Of a stretch of 64,000 nt of DNA, positions 56,653 to 64,000 are shown piece after piece. Below the pieces are notes generated by a model that was given only the letters and a program-made list of their open reading frames with translations, did no database searches and was not told the origin of the DNA. The stretch covers positions 23,421 through 87,420 of the forward strand of contig JBJESB010000092.1 in assembly GCA_051882575.1 (NCBI GenBank), in the 5' to 3' direction. Source of the DNA: Oscillospiraceae bacterium. Its GTDB lineage: Bacteria; Bacillota; Clostridia; Oscillospirales; Ruminococcaceae. How positions within the stretch are numbered: position 1 is the stretch's first letter; the number at the start of each line of letters is the position of its first letter. Made by a program: the position numbers and the translations under genes.

Positions 56653-57635
56653 TAGCTCCTCCTGCTGTTGTCCTGCGCTTTTTTCTGACCGGTGTAGTTC
56701 TCGTAAGCCTTTACAATATCCTGAACAAGTCTGTGACGAACAACATCCTTCTCCGAGAAGCGGTTCTGCGCAATTCCATCAACATTTTTCAGCACCTTTA
56801 GCGCTTCAATAAGACCGGATTTAGAGGTCTCGGGAAGGTCAATCTGCGTAATATCGCCCGTGATGACCATTTTGCTGTTAAATCCAAGTCGCGTAAGGAA
56901 CATTTTCATCTGCTCGCGCGTGGTGTTCTGTGCTTCATCAAGAATTATAAAGCTGTCGTCAAGAGTGCGTCCGCGCATATAGGCAAGCGGAGCAACCTCA
57001 ATCGAACCGCGCTCAAGATGCTTGGCAAAGGATTCCTGACCAAACATCTCAAAGAGAGCGTCATAAAGCGGGCGCAGATAGGGGTCAACCTTATTCTGCA
57101 AATCACCCGGAAGAAAACCCAGTTTTTCGCCTGCTTCAACCGCAGGCCGGGTCAGAATAATGCGATTTATCTCATGCGCCTTGAATGCGCTTACAGCAAG
57201 AGCAACCGCCAGGTAAGTCTTGCCGGTGCCTGCGGGTCCCACGCCAAAGGTTATTGTATTTTTGCGAATCATATCGCAGTATTTCTTCTGACCGAGCGTT
57301 TTTGGCTTGATTGGCTTGCCTGCATAGCTTACGCATACGCAGTCAGAGGATATGGAGTCAACCTCGTTTTCAGTGCCATCATTTACCATTGATATTACAT
57401 ATCGTACGTTCTGCTCGTTAATAGTTTCGCCCTTTGCGTATAGTCGAAGCAAGCTGTTCATAGCTTTTTCTGCGCGCTGTACCGCCGATTCATCACCTGT
57501 GATTTTTACATCTGTTCCGCGGCTGAAAATTGTAACGCCGAACGCTTTTTGCAACAGGTTAATATTGCTGTCAAAATCACCGAATACTGCATGAAGCTGT
57601 TCCATGCTGTCCATTGCTGCTGTTATTTCCGACAT
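56652..57635 (-). CDS. phoH: PhoH family ATPase
   Basis: GPAGTGKT, TRPAVEAGEKLGFLPG, RGRTL, DEAQN; start set at the ATG after GAAAGGA. Confidence 0.94.
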   Translation of the reverse strand: MSEITAAMDSMEQLHAVFGDFDSNINLLQKAFGVTIFSRGTDVKITGDESAVQRAEKAMNSLLRLYAKGETINEQNVRYVISMVNDGTENEVDSISSDCVCVSYAGKPIKPKTLGQKKYCDMIRKNTITFGVGPAGTGKTYLAVALAVSAFKAHEINRIILTRPAVEAGEKLGFLPGDLQNKVDPYLRPLYDALFEMFGQESFAKHLERGSIEVAPLAYMRGRTLDDSFIILDEAQNTTREQMKMFLTRLGFNSKMVITGDITQIDLPETSKSGLIEALKVLKNVDGIAQNRFSEKDVVRHRLVQDIVKAYENYTGQKKAQDNSRRS

Positions 57636-57915
57636 TGTAATCCTTTCACACATCAGATATAGTTAGTGTACCGATAAAAATGTACAACTTATTATAACAC
57701 CATATCCATAAAAAGTCAACAATCCATTTTTGATACAATTCGATTATATTTCAAAAAAATCAGAAAAAAGTATTTGAAATTCTGATGAGAATATGCTATA
57801 ATAATAAAGAATGGTTGCAGTCATTCATAATTTAAGAATTGTAGGGCTTTTCCGAATATTTCCGCCATGTTCTGAAATAATATGTTGTAAGCATTTTCAG
57901 AAAGGTGGTAAAACT

Positions 57916-58821
57916 ATGAGTGATGAATGCAAAAATGGGGCTCCGTTCTCCGAGGAACAGAATCAGCAGATTATCGACACGGGAATAGTAGCTTCCAACA
58001 ATGCGCGGCATAATATCCACTGCCTGACGATAATAGGGCAGATAGAGGGGCATTATATTCTCCCGCCGCAGAACAAAACCACAAAATATGAGCATATCAT
58101 TCCCGCGCTGGTAGCCATCGAGGAGGACGACTCTATCGAGGGCTTGCTGATTGTTCTTAACACGGTCGGCGGTGACGTTGAGGCAGGCTTGGCAATTTCA
58201 GAGCTTATCGCAGGCATGTCAAAGCCTACCGTATCAATCGTTGTTGGCGGGGGACATTCAATAGGTGTTCCGCTTGCAGTCAGCGCACAGCGCAGCTTTA
58301 TTGTTCCATCGGCTACAATGACTATCCACCCGGTACGAATGAACGGCATGGTGCTGGGCATTCCGCAGACTATATCATACTTTGAGAAAATGCAGCAGAG
58401 AATAATCCGCTTTGTTACCAACAACAGCAATATTTCATCAAAGCGCTTTCTTGAATTTATGATGGAAAAAGACGAGCTGGTTATGGATGTTGGCTCTGTT
58501 CTTGACGGCGAAACCGCGGTTAAAGAAGGTCTGATTGACCGCTTGGGCGGTCTTGCCGATGCGGTTGATTGCCTATACGAGCTGATTGAGCAGCGTTCCG
58601 GCGGCAAGAAAATTGCGAAATCCGGCGAGAGAAAGAGGAATGAATCCAAACCGAAAACCGAGAAGCCTGAACTATCCGAAAAGACGACCGTTCAGCCCAA
58701 AAAGCGTGGCAGAAAGCCAAAATCCGCAACCGCTTCAAGGACGTCTACCGAGCCTGCAAAGCACACTTCGGTACGGTCATACTGCGACATAAATCGCGGA
58801 GATTGGAGCGGCGAGCGATGA
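57916..58821 (+). CDS. tepA: TepA, ClpP-like protease with basic C-terminal extension
   Basis: [38 protein letters not shown]; tepA-ylzJ-ftsK synteny. Confidence 0.88.
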   Translation: MSDECKNGAPFSEEQNQQIIDTGIVASNNARHNIHCLTIIGQIEGHYILPPQNKTTKYEHIIPALVAIEEDDSIEGLLIVLNTVGGDVEAGLAISELIAGMSKPTVSIVVGGGHSIGVPLAVSAQRSFIVPSATMTIHPVRMNGMVLGIPQTISYFEKMQQRIIRFVTNNSNISSKRFLEFMMEKDELVMDVGSVLDGETAVKEGLIDRLGGLADAVDCLYELIEQRSGGKKIAKSGERKRNESKPKTEKPELSEKTTVQPKKRGRKPKSATASRTSTEPAKHTSVRSYCDINRGDWSGER

Positions 58822-59012
58822 TTCACACAATTATCAGCCTGTATGACGTTTTTGCTTCGCCCCAGCCCGAGCAAGTCGTTACGGAGCGAATAAGCTGCGG
58901 ATACGCGGAATATCGGAGCGTAAACGGAAAAAGGACGCTTTCAAGGGTAATATCTACCGACCCGCGAGTATATCTCAACAGCAATTATCAGCCAACAAAA
59001 TACTATTTTTAA
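58818..59012 (+). CDS. ylzJ: YlzJ-like protein
   Basis: MIHTII...[12 protein letters not shown]; directly after tepA. Confidence 0.8.
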   Translation: MIHTIISLYDVFASPQPEQVVTERISCGYAEYRSVNGKRTLSRVISTDPRVYLNSNYQPTKYYF

Positions 59013-59045
59013 TCCGCCGCCCGGCGGTACATAGAAAGGCAGAAT

Positions 59046-59918
59046 ATGGACATTCTAACAGTAATTATTCAAGCAGTTGTTCAGGGCTTAACGGAGTTTC
59101 TTCCTGTATCCAGCTCGGGGCATCTTTCGGTGGTGCAGCATGTAACGGGTATTGACGGTGAAGCTGCGCTGATACTCTCTATTGTGCTTCATGTTGGAAC
59201 GCTTGCGGCAGTATTCGCTGCATTCTATAAGACGATATTCAGTATGATAAAAGAGTTTTTCCTGACAATCCGCGATGTTTTTACGGGCAAGTTTTCATGG
59301 AGCGGCATGAACGGCGACAGGCGAATGATGTTTATGGTAATAATCGCAACGTTTATTCTTGTGCCGTTTTATCTGTTTAAGGATTTCTTCACAGGCAGAC
59401 AGGGCGACGGCGACATTGTATTTGAAGGCGTAGCGTTTTTGTTCACCGCAATGCTGTTGTTTATATCCTCAAAATGCAGCAAGGGCGAGCGCGAGGGTAA
59501 GGATATGACCATAAAAGACGCAGTAACGGTTGGCTTATTCCAGTGCGTTGCGCTGTTCCCGGGAGTATCAAGGTCAGGCTCTACAACTGCGGCAGGACTT
59601 ATGCGCGGGCTATCAAAAGAAACTGCGGTTACATATTCATTTATTTTGGGAATACCCGCAATACTCGGCGGCAGTGTGCTGGAATTGGGCGACGCGATTC
59701 ATTCGGAAATGGAGCTTGACTGGCTTGCACTGGGAATCGGCTTTGTTGTATCAGCAGTTGTGGGATTTGCCGCAATAAAACTTGTAAGCTGGCTGCTTAA
59801 AAAGGACAGATTTGTAATCTTCGGAGTATATACGGCGATAATCGGTGTGCTTTGCGCAGCAGGGGGATTGTGGGAGCACATCACAGGAAATACGCTGATG
59901 TCGCTGTTTGCTGCATAA
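59046..59918 (+). CDS. uppP: Undecaprenyl-diphosphate phosphatase
   Basis: QGLTEFLPVSSSGH, PGVSRSGST. Confidence 0.94.
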   Translation: MDILTVIIQAVVQGLTEFLPVSSSGHLSVVQHVTGIDGEAALILSIVLHVGTLAAVFAAFYKTIFSMIKEFFLTIRDVFTGKFSWSGMNGDRRMMFMVIIATFILVPFYLFKDFFTGRQGDGDIVFEGVAFLFTAMLLFISSKCSKGEREGKDMTIKDAVTVGLFQCVALFPGVSRSGSTTAAGLMRGLSKETAVTYSFILGIPAILGGSVLELGDAIHSEMELDWLALGIGFVVSAVVGFAAIKLVSWLLKKDRFVIFGVYTAIIGVLCAAGGLWEHITGNTLMSLFAA

Positions 59919-59958
59919 AGGGAATTAGCTGAAAAAATAGAAAAGGAAGTATGACATC

Positions 59959-62787
59959 ATGGCAGAAAAAAACACAAATTCAAAAAAGACCTCGCTTGAA
60001 AAGGGGACATCAAAAGCAGCGTCTGCCAGAAGCAAAAAAGCTCTGGAGGAACAGCAGCAAAGAATGAAAGAAGCTGCGCTTGCGCAAAGCCGACGCAGAC
60101 GGCATCTGACGTCTGTGATACTGTTTGCATTGGGCTTGTTTGTGCTGCTGGCGTCAGTAATTCCCGGCTCCGAGGGCTGGCGCGCTATATTTGATTTTAC
60201 GCATGGAGTGTTCGGCTATTCGGCATTTCTGGTAGGACCCGTGCTGATGTATATTGCAGTGCTTGTATCACTTAATAAGCCCGAAAAAAGAGTCGGATTT
60301 TCTGCATTTAAGCTATCAATGCTGATACTGCTTGTATGTGCCGCTGTACAGATTTTCGCCGTTGGCAGGAACGAGGGAGAAAATTTTGGCGAGCTGATTT
60401 CCAACCTGTATGTTCAGGGAATGGAGTTTCGCGGCGGAGGCGTGCTTTCGTTCATTTTAGGCTCGCCGCTGCTAATGCTGGGTCAGCTTGGCGCAGCAAT
60501 AATCGTGATAATTCTCGCGCTTGTGATATTTTTGCTTGTATCGGGATTATCGGTTGCAGATTTAGTCGAGAGAATGGCAAATCCCGTAAAGAAAGCCAAG
60601 GAAGCAACCGGCGAGCATATCAAGCGCAGAAAAGAGGAAAAAGCGCTTGCAGAGCAGGAATACGAGCGCATGGAACAAGAGCGTGAGGAACAGCAGCAGC
60701 GCGAGCAGAAAGAACGAGATGAAGTTCGTGAGGAGATTGAGCGTGGTCAGGAGGAGCTTGAAAACAAGCGCCGCTTTAACAAAATGCTAAACGCAATAGA
60801 AAAGCGCAATGAAACTCCGCGCAATAAAAACGAGGCGCCCACGCCCGAATTGCCGCTTCCCGAGGAGAACGCAGCACCCGCGCCGGAGCAAAAGCCCGAC
60901 CCTGATTTTCTGCCCGAGCTTCCCGATATGAAGCCCGACAGCGAGCAATCATCCGACGAGAGCAGCGACTATATGCAGGAGCTTAAGAATTACATTCTTC
61001 AAAAGAATCAGGCACTGATTGACGCCTCGGAAGAGCCTGACGAGGATGAGCTTGAGGACCGCGACGCGCAGCTTGTTTCAATCATGGATGCAATTCACAG
61101 ATTTGACAGCGAAAATGAGAAGCCCTCAAAAATCAGCGAGATTATTGACGTTCCCAAACCCAGCACCGACTCTGATAAAGCCACTGCCGATGAGCCTGCA
61201 AGGCCCGCTGAAACCATTTTCGCAGCTGATGCTCCCAAGCAGGAAGTCGTACAGCCTGCCGCAGAACCTCAAGAGGAGAAAAAGACGCTTAATCTTACGC
61301 TTAACGAGCTTTACCAGCTGCCGCCAATGAGCCTGCTGAACCCTGTTGAGCATTCAATTGCGCAGGAGGACATTGAGAGCGAAATTCAAAAGAACTCGGA
61401 TACTCTGGTAGAAACGCTCAAAAGCTTTGGTGTTCAGACAAAGATTGTCGGCGTAAGCCGTGGTCCGTCTGTTACGCGCTATGAGCTGCAGCCTGCGCCG
61501 GGCGTGAAGATTTCAAAAATCACCGGGCTTGTGGATGATATCACACTTAACCTTGCATCGGCAGGCGTTAGAATAGAAGCTCCCATACCCAACAAAGCCG
61601 CTGTTGGTATCGAGGTACCCAACAAGCAGAAGGAAACCGTATATTTCCGCGAGCTGGTAGATACCCCGGAGTTCAAAAAGACTTTTGACAAAAAGCTTGA
61701 AACCGTACTCGGAAAGGATATCAGCGGAGAAACAGTAAGCTGTAATGTTGCCAAAATGCCGCACCTGCTAATTGCGGGAACAACAGGCTCGGGTAAGTCG
61801 GTATGCGTAAACTCAATAATTATGAGCATACTTATGAAATCCACCCCCGAGGATGTCCGTTTTATAATGATTGACCCGAAAAAGGTTGAATTTATGATGT
61901 ACAACGGAATCCCGCACCTGCTGATTCCCGTAGTTACAGACGCTAAAAAGGCAGCGGGCGCTCTTGCGTGGGCAGTTAATGAAATGCTGAATCGTTATAA
62001 GGCTTTCTCCGAGAACAATGTGCGAGATTTCGGCGGTTACAATCAGCTTGCCGCAGAACCCGACAGCGGTCTTGAAAAGATGTCGCATATTGTAATCTTT
62101 ATAGATGAGCTTGCAGACCTGATGATGGCTTCACCAAAGGATGTCGAGGACAGCATTGTCAGACTTGCACAGATGGCTCGTGCGGCAGGAATGCATTTGG
62201 TAATTGCTACCCAGCGACCCACCGTAAACGTTGTAACCGGACTTATCAAGGCTAATATTCCCAGCCGAATCGCGCTGATGGTCGCTTCGCAGATGGACAG
62301 CCGAGTAATCCTTGACAGCAGCGGCGCAGAAAAGCTTCTGGGCAACGGCGATATGCTGTATATGCCCGTTGGAATGCCAAAGCCCGTGCGTATTCAGGGC
62401 TGCTATGTTGCAGATAAAGAGGTCGAGCGTGTTGTTGAGTTCATCAAGCAGGTATTCACAGCCGAGTACGACCAGACTATTATGGATGAGATTGAGCGCC
62501 AGACCGAGATGGTGAACAGCGCCGAGAAATCAAGTGATTCAAGTGATGACGGTGATATTGATACATCAGACGACAAGCTCGAGGAGGCTATTGATTTTGT
62601 AGTTGAGGCAGGTCAGGCGAGCACCTCTTTGCTTCAGCGCAGATTAAAGCTGGGCTATGGCAGAGCAGCAAGAATTATCGACATAATGGAGGAGATGGGC
62701 GTGGTTGGTCCGTACGAGGGCAGCAAACCGCGTCAGGTGCTTATGACCAAGCAGGAATGGTATGAGCGCAAAATGAATAAAAAGTAA
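59959..62787 (+). CDS. ftsK: DNA translocase FtsK/SpoIIIE
   Basis: N-terminal TM domain, [34 protein letters not shown], gamma domain [14 protein letters not shown]. Confidence 0.95.
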   Translation: MAEKNTNSKKTSLEKGTSKAASARSKKALEEQQQRMKEAALAQSRRRRHLTSVILFALGLFVLLASVIPGSEGWRAIFDFTHGVFGYSAFLVGPVLMYIAVLVSLNKPEKRVGFSAFKLSMLILLVCAAVQIFAVGRNEGENFGELISNLYVQGMEFRGGGVLSFILGSPLLMLGQLGAAIIVIILALVIFLLVSGLSVADLVERMANPVKKAKEATGEHIKRRKEEKALAEQEYERMEQEREEQQQREQKERDEVREEIERGQEELENKRRFNKMLNAIEKRNETPRNKNEAPTPELPLPEENAAPAPEQKPDPDFLPELPDMKPDSEQSSDESSDYMQELKNYILQKNQALIDASEEPDEDELEDRDAQLVSIMDAIHRFDSENEKPSKISEIIDVPKPSTDSDKATADEPARPAETIFAADAPKQEVVQPAAEPQEEKKTLNLTLNELYQLPPMSLLNPVEHSIAQEDIESEIQKNSDTLVETLKSFGVQTKIVGVSRGPSVTRYELQPAPGVKISKITGLVDDITLNLASAGVRIEAPIPNKAAVGIEVPNKQKETVYFRELVDTPEFKKTFDKKLETVLGKDISGETVSCNVAKMPHLLIAGTTGSGKSVCVNSIIMSILMKSTPEDVRFIMIDPKKVEFMMYNGIPHLLIPVVTDAKKAAGALAWAVNEMLNRYKAFSENNVRDFGGYNQLAAEPDSGLEKMSHIVIFIDELADLMMASPKDVEDSIVRLAQMARAAGMHLVIATQRPTVNVVTGLIKANIPSRIALMVASQMDSRVILDSSGAEKLLGNGDMLYMPVGMPKPVRIQGCYVADKEVERVVEFIKQVFTAEYDQTIMDEIERQTEMVNSAEKSSDSSDDGDIDTSDDKLEEAIDFVVEAGQASTSLLQRRLKLGYGRAARIIDIMEEMGVVGPYEGSKPRQVLMTKQEWYERKMNKK

Positions 62788-62858
62788 CAGTTTATCAAAA
62801 AGCAAAGCAAGATAACTGTTTATCACAGCTTGAAGTATTTTTGAAAGGGAAATGGAAT

Positions 62859-64000
62859 ATGCCTTTTTTACCCGTATCAAGGAAGGACATGGCAGAGCGC
62901 GGTATTGAGCAGCTGGATTTTATCTGCTTTACAGGCGACGCTTATGTTGACCATCCATCCTTTGGTATCGCTATAATTTCTCGCATGATAGAAGCAGCGG
63001 GATTTACTGTCGGGATAATCGCGCAGCCCGTAACCGACGCGGATTATATGAAGCTGGGCAAGCCAAAATATTGCTTTATGGTAACGGGCGGAAATATAGA
63101 CAGCATGGTGTCTAACTATACAGTCGCGCTGAAAAAGCGTTACGACGACGCGTATTCACCGGGCGGAAAGGGCGGCAAACGTCCCGACCGTGCAGTGATA
63201 ACCTATTGCAAAAAGCTTAAGCAGCTTTTCCCCGACGTAGAGATTTCAATCGGCGGCTTGGAGGCTTCCTTGCGCAGATTTGCTCACTATGATTACTGGG
63301 CTGATAGGGTTATGCCATCTATTCTTGTGGACAGCGGCGCTGACTTTCTCATGTTCGGCATGGGCGAGGTAACGCTTACGCAGATGCTGAATAATTTCAA
63401 GGCAGGATTAAAGCTTGCCGATATGCACGACCTTCGCGGAACCTGCTATCTCACTGCTCCCGAAAACACCCCGCTGGGTGCAGTTCAGTGTGACAGCTTT
63501 GAAATTGTTAGCACCAATAAGAAAGCTTACGCCAAGTCCTGCCGCAAACAGTATGACGAACAAGACGAGGTATACGGAAGAACAATTGTTCAGCGCCACG
63601 GAAACGTTATGCTGGTACAGAATCCGCCTCAGCGCAGTGTAACGCAGTCCGAGTTTGACCGAACCTACGAGCTGCCATATATGCGTATGTATCATCCCAT
63701 GTATGAAAAAGAGGGCGGAGTGCCCGCAATACAAGAGGTTGAGTTCTCCATTACGCATAACCGCGGCTGCTTCGGTTTTTGCAATTTCTGTTCAATTGCG
63801 CTGCATCAGGGCAGAAAAATTCAGACCCGCAGCGAGGATTCGGTATATAACGAGGCAGTAATGCTTTCGGAAAAACCGAATTTTAAGGGCTATATCCATG
63901 ATGTCGGCGGTCCTACCGCGAATTTCCGTCATCCTTCGTGTGAAAAGCAAGAGGAGCATGGTATGTGCAAGGGCAGGAAATGTCTTGCGCCCCAGCCTTG
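62859..64000 (+). CDS. ygiQ: YgiQ-family radical SAM protein (runs off window edge)
   Basis: Not in ORF track. Manual translation MPFLPVSRKDM...TGDAYVDHPSFG, GNIDSMVSNY, RRFAHYDYW, RGCFGFCNFC, DVGGPTAN. Confidence 0.9.
   Translation, partial: MPFLPVSRKDMAERGIEQLDFICFTGDAYVDHPSFGIAIISRMIEAAGFTVGIIAQPVTDADYMKLGKPKYCFMVTGGNIDSMVSNYTVALKKRYDDAYSPGGKGGKRPDRAVITYCKKLKQLFPDVEISIGGLEASLRRFAHYDYWADRVMPSILVDSGADFLMFGMGEVTLTQMLNNFKAGLKLADMHDLRGTCYLTAPENTPLGAVQCDSFEIVSTNKKAYAKSCRKQYDEQDEVYGRTIVQRHGNVMLVQNPPQRSVTQSEFDRTYELPYMRMYHPMYEKEGGVPAIQEVEFSITHNRGCFGFCNFCSIALHQGRKIQTRSEDSVYNEAVMLSEKPNFKGYIHDVGGPTANFRHPSCEKQEEHGMCKGRKCLAPQP

Noticed and set aside
60600-61300. Glu/Gln/Pro-rich repetitive stretch in ftsK
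   Set aside because: Ordinary low-complexity FtsK linker; no exact DNA tandem repeat
1-64000. CRISPR array, prophage, transposase, rRNA
   Set aside because: No regularly spaced repeats or matching protein motifs seen by eye

Overview
Chromosomal core region of a low-to-mid-GC, spore-forming Clostridia bacterium, most likely Oscillospiraceae/Ruminococcus-like (inferred from polC, sigG, tepA-ylzJ-ftsK and gene content). I see no prophage, CRISPR array, intact IS or rRNA. In order: birA-bioY-bioB' operon with a BirA operator, rhomboid protease, MATE, GGDEF-EAL protein, tRNA-Pro(TGG), trmO plus an EF-G/TetM-like GTPase fused to a NYN nuclease, glgA, xylB, hom-pyrH-frr-uppS-cdsA-dxr-rseP-ispG-polC, a his operon interleaved with five non-his genes, fba, a heterodimeric ABC exporter, a P-type ATPase homologue plus DUF368, sigG, an ECF S-component divergent from a MocR/PdxR regulator, two head-to-head aspS genes, a sigma-like gene with a large membrane protein, phoH-ybeY-dgkA, tepA-ylzJ-uppP-ftsK and a truncated ygiQ. 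Most unusual: (1) an intact 816-aa P-type ATPase with every catalytic motif substituted, apparently co-transcribed with DUF368; (2) NUDIX, HAD and ITPase-like genes inserted between his genes; (3) a divergent aspS pair with discriminating-like and non-discriminating-like signatures; (4) the GTPase-NYN fusion; (5) two degenerate ECF sigma-like proteins, one membrane-tethered; (6) a remnant of a voltage-gated ion channel gene that the ORF track misses. All assignments come from reading motifs by eye; no searches were run.
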